This document shows positions 1 to 9,390 of a stretch of DNA of 64,000 nt, one piece after another (positions within the stretch are counted from its first letter, which is position 1; the number at the start of each line of letters is the position of its first letter). The notes under the pieces were generated by a model. It was given only the letters and a program-made list of their open reading frames with translations. It did no database searches and was not told where the DNA came from. The translations under genes and the position numbers were made by a program. This stretch comes from a virus. The stretch spans positions 26,629-90,628 of the IMG/VR virus record IMGVR_UViG_3300042898_003434; one strand, 5' to 3'.

Positions 1-1
1 T

Positions 2-448
2 CGACCCATCCTTTTCGTCTAATCTAAGATATCTTTGGTTATAATCAAGAACTGTGAGTAAGATATTGGCAGCGTCTGGGTGTGCTCTGCTCAATTCATC
101 TAAAAGTATTATGGAGTTTGGAGTAGTAATCGCGGTTACAAACGGAGACTGTTGGAAATATGTACCAGATTCTTTTGAGAAATGGGTGTTTCCGACTAAA
201 GTTGCCCTTGGGTCTTGCGTACTGCCCAAACTTATATAAAAAAATGGATGTGTATCTTTGAGAACTTCTGCCAAACATTGAACCGACAACGTCTTTCCTT
301 GACCAGCCGGTCCTATGATCAACGTGTTTTTTCCACGCATAGCACTTCGGATTAGATACTTCCACTTCAGCTCATTCATGATAAGCTTACTTGGTTTTAA
401 TTTATAACAATCGTTTATAAAGGCAGAGATGTCTTCTTTACTTTTCAT
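2..448 (-). CDS. MoxR/CbbQ-type AAA+ ATPase, 3' end runs off the window
   Basis: Not in the ORF track. Manual translation from ATG at 448: MKSKEDISAFINDCYKLKPSKLIMNELKWKYLIRSAMRGKNTLIIGPAGQGKT... with Walker A GPAGQGKT, 'LVGNTHF' and Walker B IILLDELSRA. Frame is open to the window edge. Confidence 0.85.
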   Translation of the reverse strand, partial: MKSKEDISAFINDCYKLKPSKLIMNELKWKYLIRSAMRGKNTLIIGPAGQGKTLSVQCLAEVLKDTHPFFYISLGSTQDPRATLVGNTHFSKESGTYFQQSPFVTAITTPNSIILLDELSRAHPDAANILLTVLDYNQRYLRLDEKDGS

Positions 449-456
449 TTATAGCC

Positions 457-485
457 ACTTTACCAAAAAAGAATGTAGCCGTCAA
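457..485 (-). promoter_or_regulatory. sigma70-type promoter for the AAA ATPase
   Basis: Minus strand TTGACG-N17-TAAAGT with TG extension, 8 nt before the ATG at 448. Confidence 0.65.
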
Positions 486-496
486 GGTCAATGTAA

Positions 497-525
497 TAAA
501 AAACCCCGCTAAAAGCGGGGTTTTG
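497..525 (-). terminator. Rho-independent terminator, possibly bidirectional
   Basis: AAAACCCCGCT-AAA-AGCGGGGTTTT hairpin flanked by A/T runs, downstream of ORF 545..1009. Confidence 0.85.
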
Positions 526-544
526 TGATAGTTAAATATCGATC

Positions 545-1009
545 TCAATAATCCCCTGCCGCGTCGTTTAATTTATCGGCACCTTCGTCATAAATATTTT
601 CTAAGTCTTTAGGAAGAATAAATTCTTTTTTTATCTCTTCCCCCGCTTTAAATAACAACTGGGCTGTTTGGTTTCCGTTTTCGTCAAACACGTAAATGTC
701 TTCCGGCGCAATAATTTTAATTCCCTCAACTTCAAACCCACTACCTGGGTCATGTGTTCCTCTTTCACTACCGTATTCATAATCAAACCTGTTGTCGGCG
801 TATGCACCTTGGACTTCAACTTTAACTTCAACGTCATGCTGTGCTGGGACATCCTTCCCCATTTTCTTCGGATCTATTGTAACATTCGTAATAAATTGCG
901 CTTCTATATTTTCATTAAGAAGTTTCTTTTTTGTATTTAAGTGCTCAAGTACCAATTTCCTGTGCTTATTAAACGTGGCGTCGAACGTTGATATTTTTTT
1001 TTGTTCCAT
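545..1009 (-). CDS. hypothetical protein with N-terminal leader 'TFxxTxxKHxKLxxEHxN'
   Basis: 154-aa ORF. N-terminus resembles that of ORF 31179..31949. Confidence 0.75.
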   Translation of the reverse strand: MEQKKISTFDATFNKHRKLVLEHLNTKKKLLNENIEAQFITNVTIDPKKMGKDVPAQHDVEVKVEVQGAYADNRFDYEYGSERGTHDPGSGFEVEGIKIIAPEDIYVFDENGNQTAQLLFKAGEEIKKEFILPKDLENIYDEGADKLNDAAGDY

Positions 1010-1010
1010 A

Positions 1011-1715
1011 TTATTTTTTTCCTTTCAACGCAGGTGTATCTTTCAGTTTGGTTGTTAGCTTGTCCGAACTTTCCATATCCTTATCAGTTTTTAAGTGTGC
1101 AGTTGTTGGCTCTGCTTTAGACTTTAACAAACGGTCAACAATCTTCTCGATCTTGTCAACGATTGAACCACCCAATTGAGCGGAACCATCTTTACCAATC
1201 GGAGCAGTTTGTTTATCAACTTTTTCGTCCGCTTTAACCGTCGAATCGTCCGCAATATCAATCTGCAATTCTTCATCAACATCATCCATTTTATCATCTT
1301 CTTTTTTATCATCGACCTTGACTGGCTTCTTTCCAAAACCCTTTAAACTCTTATCATATGCTTTTTGAACATATGTCTTTTCAGAATCACCCGCATGTTT
1401 CTTGACCAATTCCATAGCAGCTTCGAGAGAAACACCGCGTGCGATTTTTTTCTCGGATTCATTGGTAATAGACACAACATCATAGCAGTCATCGGAATTT
1501 TTATTTAATTGAATTTCTTGATTTTTAGTTATTCCCACCGTTTTTCCCGTTCCGCGAGCATGCATAACTGTTGACTCTTTACCCATTGATTTATTTAATG
1601 CATCCTCACCAGTTGTATCTTTTTTATCTGAATGGATCGATGTACCAAACTGATTATTGGTAATCTCTTGTATTATAAGTTTCTTGATGGCTTTTTTAAG
1701 AATGTCTCTGTTCAT
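1011..1715 (-). CDS. hypothetical charged protein with 'LKKAIKKLIIQEI' N-terminal leader
   Basis: 234-aa K/D-rich ORF preceded by a TATTTATA motif. Confidence 0.75.
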   Translation of the reverse strand: MNRDILKKAIKKLIIQEITNNQFGTSIHSDKKDTTGEDALNKSMGKESTVMHARGTGKTVGITKNQEIQLNKNSDDCYDVVSITNESEKKIARGVSLEAAMELVKKHAGDSEKTYVQKAYDKSLKGFGKKPVKVDDKKEDDKMDDVDEELQIDIADDSTVKADEKVDKQTAPIGKDGSAQLGGSIVDKIEKIVDRLLKSKAEPTTAHLKTDKDMESSDKLTTKLKDTPALKGKK

Positions 1716-1735
1716 AGTGTATATATGGTTTATTA

Positions 1736-1743
1736 TATAAATA
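1736..1743 (-). promoter_or_regulatory. TATTTATA putative phage late promoter motif
   Basis: About 20 nt upstream of the ATG at 1715 and just downstream of a terminator. The motif recurs upstream of many genes. Confidence 0.5.
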
Positions 1744-1754
1744 GTTCAATACAC

Positions 1755-1785
1755 AAAGAAACCGCCAATTTATCGGCGGTTCTTG
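1755..1785 (-). terminator. Rho-independent terminator after nrdA
   Basis: Minus strand AACCGCC-GATAAATT-GGCGGTT followed by TCTTT. Confidence 0.75.
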
Positions 1786-1811
1786 TTATTTTTTGAGCTT
1801 ATTATAATATA

Positions 1812-3461
1812 TTATGCCTCGCAGCTCTTGCACTCCAAAATACTGCGGCCAAGTTCTTGAGCAGGGTTGGTACCGCGTTGATAATAAAGACACTTTACGC
1901 CTTGTTCCCATGCGAATATAAGCAGTTCGTTGGCATCCTTGGCCGAGACTTTGGTGTGTATCTTTAAATTGATAGATTGACCTTGGTCGATGAACTTTTG
2001 ACGAGCAGCAGCCTGAATTATGATTTCCTTTTGAGAAATCTCGCCAAAGGTCTTGAATACATCCTTTTCGTCGTTGGTCAGAAATGTCAAATGCTGTGCA
2101 CTTCCGCCCTTGATCATGATAGATTTCCAAACCTCGGCGGTATTTTTTTCGTATTTCTTCAATACTTCTATTAGGTATGGGTTCTTGTAAGTAAACTTAC
2201 CTTTAGCCAAGTCCTTGGTGTAGTAGTTGGATTCAAGTGGTTCGACGGACGGGGATACTTGACCAAGAATAAATGAACTACTTGTGGTCGGTGCAATAGC
2301 CATTGTAGTAACATTTCGCAACCCATAACCTTTTAGGAGTGGTGGCTCACCATATTCCTTGGCCATTTCTTTACTAGCGGCAATACTCTTGTCGCGAATA
2401 AAACGATGAATTTGGGTGTTGAGCATTTTCGCTTCAAGAGATTCAAATGCGACCATTTTACTCTGTAAATAAGAGTGCCAACCAAGAGAACCAATACCAA
2501 GTGCACGTTGGTTTTTTGCGAAATTGTGAGCGGAGCGCATGAATTGAATGTTTTCAGTCGCCTTAATATAATCTTCCATAACAGCATCTAGGAAGTATGT
2601 AAGTGTTTCAACGGCATCTGAATTCTTCCATTGCTCGTAATGAAGTAAGTTCATAGACGATAAATTACAAACAAATGTTTCGTCCGGTGAAGAACTCAAA
2701 CAGATTTCGGAACAAAGATTTGAAGCGTGAATTTTCATCTTCTTATCTTTATATACTTGGGGAGCGTTATTGTTTACATTGTCCGTAAAGAAAATATACG
2801 GGTACCCACTCTCAAACCGCTTCTTAATAACTCGTGCCCAAATTTTGCGACAATCCGTATCACCGGCAACCATCTTTTTCATCCAATAGTCTGGCACACA
2901 AACTCCGATACTTAAATCTTGGATAGCATGGCCTTCTTCGCGAATATCAAGAAACTCGCTAATGTCAGGATGATCTATTGGTAGATATGCAGCAAAACTG
3001 CCACGACGAACGTTTGATTGTGACACCACGCGAGTGACACCATCAAACAATTCCATAAAGTGCACAGGCCCAGAACTTGATCCACCTACACTGATGCTTG
3101 CGCCTCGGCCACGCAATTCTCCGAAATAACCAGATGTACCAGCGCCGTATTTTGTTAACATACCAACTTCGGCAGTCTTTTCAAGAATTGACGCCATGTT
3201 GTCGGATATATATGAACCGTTGCATGAAATGGATAAACCACGGCCACTGCCAAAGTTTGCCCAAATAGGCGATGATAAACTATACCATCCCTTGTGCATA
3301 TAATCTTCAAACTTGTCGGCAAATCCCTTTTTATTCAAAATCTTTTCAGCAGATTCTGCAATTTGACGAATACGTTCAAGTGCAGTCTGGCCTTTTGCCA
3401 AATATCCTCTTTCAAGAAAGGTGATTGCTTCCTTGTTTAACCAATAAATTTCCTTTTGCAT
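1812..3461 (-). CDS. nrdA: class I ribonucleotide reductase alpha subunit, no ATP cone
   Basis: SNLCSEI catalytic motif, CNLSS, AIAPT, LYY and C-terminal CxxC (CKSC). Confidence 0.95.
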   Translation of the reverse strand: MQKEIYWLNKEAITFLERGYLAKGQTALERIRQIAESAEKILNKKGFADKFEDYMHKGWYSLSSPIWANFGSGRGLSISCNGSYISDNMASILEKTAEVGMLTKYGAGTSGYFGELRGRGASISVGGSSSGPVHFMELFDGVTRVVSQSNVRRGSFAAYLPIDHPDISEFLDIREEGHAIQDLSIGVCVPDYWMKKMVAGDTDCRKIWARVIKKRFESGYPYIFFTDNVNNNAPQVYKDKKMKIHASNLCSEICLSSSPDETFVCNLSSMNLLHYEQWKNSDAVETLTYFLDAVMEDYIKATENIQFMRSAHNFAKNQRALGIGSLGWHSYLQSKMVAFESLEAKMLNTQIHRFIRDKSIAASKEMAKEYGEPPLLKGYGLRNVTTMAIAPTTSSSFILGQVSPSVEPLESNYYTKDLAKGKFTYKNPYLIEVLKKYEKNTAEVWKSIMIKGGSAQHLTFLTNDEKDVFKTFGEISQKEIIIQAAARQKFIDQGQSINLKIHTKVSAKDANELLIFAWEQGVKCLYYQRGTNPAQELGRSILECKSCEA

Positions 3462-3466
3462 ATATA

Positions 3467-4441
3467 TTAAAAAATGTCGTCTGATGTGATTGATTGTGTT
3501 TTCTTGGCATACTCGACTGGGCGCTTATGAAAGAAATCAGTCATCGTGCTGCCCATTACATCCTCATCCATCCACATAGTCAATTCGATAATATCATTAT
3601 CTACTTCAAATATTTTTTTGAATCCAATCATCTCCAAGGAGGAATTCAAACGATTCTTTACATATTCCTTTAAGATTTCAGCACTGATCTTTTCGTCGCT
3701 GTAATCGCCAATCATCCAATCAATGATCTTACACTCAGCTTTATATGACTCAGCGGCTTCGTGTAAGATACGAGCTTCGAGTTCGTCGTCAAACAACTCT
3801 GGTAATTCTTCTCGGATTGTATTTACGATCTTTACACCGGCAAGAGCATGTAGAGTTTCTTCTTTGGCAGTATATGCAACTTGTTGTGCAGTATCCTTGA
3901 GCAATCCCTTGTAGCGATTGAACCAATTGATAATGTAAAATTGACTGAATAGCGACACATTCTCCACATACAGCGTGAAGAGAATAAGCGAGTATATATA
4001 CTGCTTGCGACTATCTTTATAGTGCTTGTCAAGATATTTGCGAAGATACTTAACGCGGCCTTGGATAATGTCAAGTTTAAGATTTTCTTCAAATACATCC
4101 TGTAGTTGGAGTACGTCTAGAAGCTTTTCGTAAGCATTATTGTGAATAACTTCGATATTACCCATGGTAATACCCAAATCGGACAATGCCGGATGTGGCA
4201 AATTGTCACCTAACTTGGTCCAGAATTTTTTGACGGAGATTTCTATCTGTCCAATGGCACTTAAAGCATTCTTAATGATTACTTGTTCTTCCGGTGTCAT
4301 TTCAGTTTTGTACTGCTGTAAATCACTTGTAAATGTGAATTCGTTTGGTGTCCAATGACCCGACCACATAGCATCAATATATTCTTGTGCCCAAGGGTAG
4401 CGGGTTGGTTTTCTTGCAATCTGCTCGTCAAATATGGTCAT
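3467..4441 (-). CDS. nrdB: class I ribonucleotide reductase beta subunit
   Basis: W.P.E, EVIH..AY, ENVSLFSQF, EETLH di-iron ligands and DFF..RPVEY tail. The ATG at 4441 (MTIFDE) is preferred over 4471. Confidence 0.95.
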   Translation of the reverse strand: MTIFDEQIARKPTRYPWAQEYIDAMWSGHWTPNEFTFTSDLQQYKTEMTPEEQVIIKNALSAIGQIEISVKKFWTKLGDNLPHPALSDLGITMGNIEVIHNNAYEKLLDVLQLQDVFEENLKLDIIQGRVKYLRKYLDKHYKDSRKQYIYSLILFTLYVENVSLFSQFYIINWFNRYKGLLKDTAQQVAYTAKEETLHALAGVKIVNTIREELPELFDDELEARILHEAAESYKAECKIIDWMIGDYSDEKISAEILKEYVKNRLNSSLEMIGFKKIFEVDNDIIELTMWMDEDVMGSTMTDFFHKRPVEYAKKTQSITSDDIF

Positions 4442-4512
4442 AATATTTCTTATAGTTTGTTGGTGTGGCAATAAATATGTTTTAGAAAAAGTAAATTTCT
4501 AAAAAATAAAAA

Positions 4513-5910
4513 TTATAAACTCGAATTATTTCCCTTTTCGTTATGACGATGAGAATTCCATTTATTCTTCAATAAATTTTTTACCGAATTACTATCTTCC
4601 TGCATATTCGACTGAATTGCCATAGATTCTCTTGATTTTGCATCAAATATCTGAATATTTCCTGTGCTGGTGTCCATATTTGAATATAAAGTTATACCGT
4701 CTGGACCAAATCGATTTTTAATTACGTGGAACCTCGCGGTATTATTGGCTTTATCGTCTATATTACGCGAAAGGCTTAGTACAAAGTCGGCAGTCATGAT
4801 CTTCCTGTAACTATCAGACACATTCTGTGCTTGTACGATGTCTTCACCTAAAGCAGTACGATTGGCTTGACTTGCTGTCCAAATTGGAAGTTGCAATTCA
4901 CCGGCAATCTGTCTAAGTTCTTCATATATACTACCACCTTCTGAATAGCTGTTGCTATTCTTTTCTTTTTCAAGTGGACGGAGAATATCTGCATAATCCA
5001 CAATAATTTCATCAATCTTGAAATTGTTTAGCGTCTGAATGCGTTCGACATGAAATTTCAAAGATTGAGCGCACACCGTTTTCAGCGGGAAATACTTAAC
5101 AAAAAGACGGCCCTTGATACTCTTCAATTTTGCCTCGACGGTGGCTTGATGGTGTTTGATATCTTGAAAATTGATTCCAGTAAAACAACAATCGTATCTC
5201 AATCCGACATAATTTTCATTTAATTCCAACGTAAAATGTGCGACGTTTTTACCCGCCGCCATAGCCTTGGCACCGAGGGAGCATAACAACCATGATTTAC
5301 CAACACCAGCGGGTGCCACCACAACACCCAGCTCCCCCGGCCCAAGGCCACCGTCCATGAGGGAGTCGACGACATCCCATCCGGTCGGTACAACTTTACG
5401 ACACATTTCACTCATGCGTGTTGCCACGTCAACGTTGTAATCGTGTCCTAAATTTCTTTCCATGCCAGCCTTCATTGCCTTATCGACTAGCGACTTGATC
5501 TTATCATAATCACCGGACTTCAAATGGTCGACGGACTCGACGATGGCTCCCTTGAGTTTTTGATTTTTGCAAAACTCCAAAAATTGTTCTTTGACAAATT
5601 GTAGATCGCTATCCTTGATCTTGAAATGAACTGCTTTCAGGTGTTCTACTACAGATGCTTTAAATTGATCTGATTTAATAGTATCCATTCTCACGGAGAA
5701 TACTTGACTACTTGGCATTCCTCGGTATTGGTTATAATACTGGATTACTTCATTTACGATCCATCGATGTGCTTCATTTTCGAAAGAATCTATTTCAACG
5801 ATATCAAGGATTCGCTCCAAAAAAGATTTGTCGGTTAAAATTCCCGCGATAATCTTGATTTGAAATTCAATTCCGTATTTTTGTAGGTTGTCTATGATTA
5901 CTGGTGCCAT
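4513..5910 (-). CDS. replicative DNA helicase (DnaB / T4 gp41-like)
   Basis: Walker A APAGVGKS, TLEL, IVDYAD, TASQANR and KNRFG motifs. Confidence 0.93.
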   Translation of the reverse strand: MAPVIIDNLQKYGIEFQIKIIAGILTDKSFLERILDIVEIDSFENEAHRWIVNEVIQYYNQYRGMPSSQVFSVRMDTIKSDQFKASVVEHLKAVHFKIKDSDLQFVKEQFLEFCKNQKLKGAIVESVDHLKSGDYDKIKSLVDKAMKAGMERNLGHDYNVDVATRMSEMCRKVVPTGWDVVDSLMDGGLGPGELGVVVAPAGVGKSWLLCSLGAKAMAAGKNVAHFTLELNENYVGLRYDCCFTGINFQDIKHHQATVEAKLKSIKGRLFVKYFPLKTVCAQSLKFHVERIQTLNNFKIDEIIVDYADILRPLEKEKNSNSYSEGGSIYEELRQIAGELQLPIWTASQANRTALGEDIVQAQNVSDSYRKIMTADFVLSLSRNIDDKANNTARFHVIKNRFGPDGITLYSNMDTSTGNIQIFDAKSRESMAIQSNMQEDSNSVKNLLKNKWNSHRHNEKGNNSSL

Positions 5911-5918
5911 GATTTTGG

Positions 5919-5947
5919 AATATATGGTAATAGGTGGTGCCCGTCAA
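5919..5947 (-). promoter_or_regulatory. sigma70-type promoter for the helicase
   Basis: TTGACG-N17-TATATT, 8 nt before the ATG at 5910. Confidence 0.65.
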
Positions 5948-5955
5948 TGAAAAAA

Positions 5956-7005
5956 TTAAGATCTGGCCGAAATCGACAATGGCCAGAATACTTCTTGGAG
6001 CCAAACATGATAGTTTGATATGGACGCTTGCATGCGGCTTCGAGTCATTTTTTGAATGAATTGAATCTTGTTGTATTCAAAAATTCTTTCTGCTGAACTC
6101 TCGACGTTCATTTGCAACGATGGTGAGAAGTCTGGATCTTTAAGTTGCATCAATTTATAATTTCTACGAATGATTTCATGACTATCAAGTACTTTTGCGA
6201 ATATCTTCTTCTCGTTGTATTGATCCTTGCTACGAGCGAGTATTTCTTCTACCGAACTTTCTTTTTCTTCGGTAAGCATAGGAAAAGATTTAATAGCAGT
6301 CTTAAGACCGATTCCATTAACACCGTCAATGTTGTCAGAATTGTCACCTTCTAAAATTCGATAATATATAAAATTGGTTGGATGTACACCATACTCATTA
6401 ATAATATCTTGTACTCCATAGATTTTTTTCTTGATTGGACTCCAAACACTAACTCTCTCGTTTACCAATTGTAAAAAATCCTTATCGCTGCTCATGATGG
6501 TAATCTTGGCATCTTTGTGCATCTGTGTGGATATATACGCAATAGCATCATCTGCTTCAATATAGTCCACGCAAACCAAGCTAATTGGCAATTCTCGCAA
6601 GAAATCAATCAACAATGACATCTGTTGCAACATAGCCTTTTTTTCTGTGTCTGGTGTTCCCATATCCTCATACGCACGGTTTACGCGCACCGACATTGCT
6701 CGCTTGTCTTTATATTCTGGGTATATCTTCTTTCTCTTCAAGCTACCACCTTTACCGTCAAACACAATAATGACTCTGGTTGGTTTCAACATCTTTATAG
6801 CATAACCCATACTAGTAAGAAATCCACTTATCCCACCCACGTGCTCACCGTTATCGTTTAACGTTGGAACGACCGTCCAGCATCTGATGAATGAATTTGT
6901 ACCATCGACCACCAAGATATTACTGTTTTTGGTACGAGTAGAATTTGCAGGAGCATTAGTATGCTCTTGTTTTATTTGCTCAAATATAGATTTAAATTTA
7001 TTCAT
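5956..7005 (-). CDS. 5'-3' exonuclease / flap endonuclease (T4 RNase H or PolA N-terminal domain-like)
   Basis: VVDG.N, VFDG, YK..R, EADDAI, SSDKDFLQL and GD.SDNI.GV.GIG.KTA motifs. Confidence 0.93.
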   Translation of the reverse strand: MNKFKSIFEQIKQEHTNAPANSTRTKNSNILVVDGTNSFIRCWTVVPTLNDNGEHVGGISGFLTSMGYAIKMLKPTRVIIVFDGKGGSLKRKKIYPEYKDKRAMSVRVNRAYEDMGTPDTEKKAMLQQMSLLIDFLRELPISLVCVDYIEADDAIAYISTQMHKDAKITIMSSDKDFLQLVNERVSVWSPIKKKIYGVQDIINEYGVHPTNFIYYRILEGDNSDNIDGVNGIGLKTAIKSFPMLTEEKESSVEEILARSKDQYNEKKIFAKVLDSHEIIRRNYKLMQLKDPDFSPSLQMNVESSAERIFEYNKIQFIQKMTRSRMQASISNYHVWLQEVFWPLSISARS

Positions 7006-7015
7006 TTAATGAGAA

Positions 7016-7044
7016 TCGCGTGGAGGTATTTCACTCCACACGAC
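7016..7044 (-). other. intergenic GC-rich hairpin (terminator, attenuator or RNA stabiliser)
   Basis: CGTGTGGAG-TGAAATAC-CTCCACGCG between recA and the exonuclease, with a weak U-tail. Confidence 0.45.
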
Positions 7045-7050
7045 TGTTTA

Positions 7051-8271
7051 TTATTCGTCTACCCCGTCGGCACCCGTATCATATTCTATGTCTTCCGACA
7101 TTTCAGAATTTGGAGCCTTATACTTCATAACGAAGTTTTCGCATATCTTCGCATACAAGTAATCCTTGCAATCCGAACGTTGAGCTAGAAGTTTTGGCAA
7201 ATCTTTCTTTTCAAAAATGACTGTTTCGGGTTCTTTACCTTCAACGACCATGATGAATTGAAGACTCTTTGCCTTCTTATCTTCTTCCTTCTCGTCTTCG
7301 AGTTGCTTTTTTGTCTTTTTCTCGGCAGACTTAACCTTCTTGGCATTAGTAACAATGTCCCATTCGATTAGACGTTCCAACCAATTGCCGTAATTGTCAA
7401 TACCACGGTCGAAGAAAACGTCAAATTCGACGCTTCTCATCGGCGGTCCCATGCGATTTTTGATAACAGTGCATTTAGTTTTAATACCAATAGCTTGTTT
7501 ATCTGAGTTTTTTATTTGACCAATCGACTTCAAGCGGAGTCTTAGTGATGAATGGAAAGCAATGGCCTTACCTCCGCTAGTTGTATATGGATCTCCCAAG
7601 CCAATAAATCCAACCTTCTGACGAAGTTGATTTGTAAACACTAAACAGATTCGTTGTTTAGAAATCAGTCCGGTGATTTTTCGCATCGCTTTACTGATAG
7701 CAATAGCTTTACCAGTTGCATATCCGTCCGCGCCGTGATCACTTGCCATTTCCTTCTTGGTAGAAGCTGCGGCAACAGAATCAACAAGAATTGTGACCAA
7801 ACGATTTTTGTTGGATTTACGTACAAGTGCAATGATTTCTTCGATCTTATCAAAAATATCTTCGACTGTGTCAAGCGCAAGATACATCATTTTATCTGTG
7901 TCAACGCCAATCGCGATCAAGAAAGGGCGATCTACGGATGATTCGGTATCAATGAAAATAGCCAAGCCGCCTTTGCGTTGAGTTTCTGCGAGCAAGTGCG
8001 CTCCCATTAAACTTTTACCAGAGGCTTCAAGACCTGTCAGTTCAGTGATACGACCAACTGGCAATCCTGCGTTTGCGCGATTGGCAATGGCTAAGTCAAC
8101 TAAACTATTTCCGGTAGAGACCCAATCAACAATTTGCGAAGGATCATCCTCCGCGTCTAAAAAAAATGCAACTTTTCCATCACTATTTTTATTGAGTGAT
8201 GCGGCCAAGGCATCTGCTAATTCATCGCGCACCGGAGTAGATTCGTCGGTGTTATTTTTCTTATCTTTCAT
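7051..8271 (-). CDS. recA: RecA/UvsX recombinase
   Basis: GLEASGKS Walker A, FIDTE, VDSVAA, TNQLR, TSGGKA and KNRMGPP. The ATG at 8271 (MKDKK) is preferred because the upstream GTG lies inside a terminator. Confidence 0.93.
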   Translation of the reverse strand: MKDKKNNTDESTPVRDELADALAASLNKNSDGKVAFFLDAEDDPSQIVDWVSTGNSLVDLAIANRANAGLPVGRITELTGLEASGKSLMGAHLLAETQRKGGLAIFIDTESSVDRPFLIAIGVDTDKMMYLALDTVEDIFDKIEEIIALVRKSNKNRLVTILVDSVAAASTKKEMASDHGADGYATGKAIAISKAMRKITGLISKQRICLVFTNQLRQKVGFIGLGDPYTTSGGKAIAFHSSLRLRLKSIGQIKNSDKQAIGIKTKCTVIKNRMGPPMRSVEFDVFFDRGIDNYGNWLERLIEWDIVTNAKKVKSAEKKTKKQLEDEKEEDKKAKSLQFIMVVEGKEPETVIFEKKDLPKLLAQRSDCKDYLYAKICENFVMKYKAPNSEMSEDIEYDTGADGVDE

Positions 8272-8296
8272 AATTTTAAATTTATAGAGGTTTATA

Positions 8297-8341
8297 TAAA
8301 AACGCCTATACACCAATTTGATATGGTGAATAGGCGTTTAT
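8297..8341 (-). terminator. Rho-independent terminator after SSB
   Basis: AAACGCCTAT-T-CACCA...TGGTG-T-ATAGGCGTTT followed by TT on the minus strand. Confidence 0.7.
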
Positions 8342-8369
8342 ACTTTTTAATTAACCAAAACGACTATTC

Positions 8370-9173
8370 TTAGGAACCGAAAAGGTCTTTGAATTCGTCG
8401 GCGATATCTTTGTTGGAAGGAGCCTTGACAGCGACCTTGGTAGTCGCACTCTTGACCGGTTCGGAAACTTGTTCCGTTTCTTCAACAGTAGGAACGGGTG
8501 TTTCGCCATCTGGATCCGCTGCATTTAACCATGCGTCCATGGCGGTTGCCAATTCGTCATAAGTAAGTTCAGGAAACAATTCAGTGACGTTCTTTTGATT
8601 CTTCACCTTGTCGACAAGGTTCTTGTCGTTGATGTCGAATGCGGGGGATTGGTTTGGCTTGACGCGAATGGCTGTTTCTGGGAAGGACTTTCCGGTCTCT
8701 TCTGCGGATTTAAATTCCACTACAATATCACGACCGGCTTTTAGATCTGTAATATCGCCATAATCAGCATCAGCGCAAATGCTCAAGATTTCTTGATAGA
8801 CTTGCTTACCCATGCCCCAGAACTTAACACCTTCGTGTTCTAGTCCACGAACAAGAACGGGAACATAAGTCCGCATCTTTGGTTCTAATGCACGACCACG
8901 CTTCCATTCTTCCTTATCCTTAGATTGCTTGAGTCTGTTTGCAAACTCAACAATAGGGTCGGGACGATTAAATGAGGATGGACTCAAATAAGTCTTTCCG
9001 TTCATGTTATAGTGAAAATACAATTCGATGAATGGATTTTCGGTATTGTGAGAGTACGGGACAATGCGAACAACTTGCTTGCCAGCGCTCGGTTTCCACA
9101 GACTTGTGGACTTTGTTGTAGTGGTCTTGAGTGCTTCAAGACGCGACTTTACTTTTGATAGATCTAATGCCAT
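8370..9173 (-). CDS. single-stranded DNA-binding protein (T4 gp32-like)
   Basis: WKP...VRIVP...PF.ELYFHY, GVKFW, DITD...GRD, acidic tail ending 'EFKDLFGS'. Adjacent to recA. Confidence 0.85.
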   Translation of the reverse strand: MALDLSKVKSRLEALKTTTTKSTSLWKPSAGKQVVRIVPYSHNTENPFIELYFHYNMNGKTYLSPSSFNRPDPIVEFANRLKQSKDKEEWKRGRALEPKMRTYVPVLVRGLEHEGVKFWGMGKQVYQEILSICADADYGDITDLKAGRDIVVEFKSAEETGKSFPETAIRVKPNQSPAFDINDKNLVDKVKNQKNVTELFPELTYDELATAMDAWLNAADPDGETPVPTVEETEQVSEPVKSATTKVAVKAPSNKDIADEFKDLFGS

Positions 9174-9352
9174 AATATTCCTTAACTTTTAACTTTTTAA
9201 TGTTTAACTTGCCGACTGGTTGAAAAACCAGTCAGTCAATTGATGTGTAGAATGCATCAACGATTGACTATTGTCAACTTATAATAAGAACTTTTAAATT
9301 TTTACTAGCAACTGATAACTGAGCAATCGTTAATTTATTCAATATATAAATA
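9174..9352 (-). promoter_or_regulatory. long structured 5' leader of SSB (two hairpins plus TTAA repeats before the RBS)
   Basis: TATTTATA at 9345-9352; hairpins AGTCAAT..TGATG/CATCA..ATTGACT and GACTGGTT-TTTC-AACCAGTC; then AAGTTAAACATTAAAAAGTTAAAAGTTAAGGAATATTATG. Confidence 0.6.
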
Positions 9353-9390
9353 TCGAATAACATTAACAATACTGCACGTTTTGTATTATT

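Noticed and set aside
96-365. 89-aa minus ORF and 54..239 plus ORF from the track
   Set aside because: Both overlap the AAA ATPase frame, which has clear Walker A and B motifs.
1812-8271. Inteins or introns in nrdA, nrdB, helicase or recA
   Set aside because: Lengths are normal, motifs are contiguous, and no splice-junction motifs were seen.
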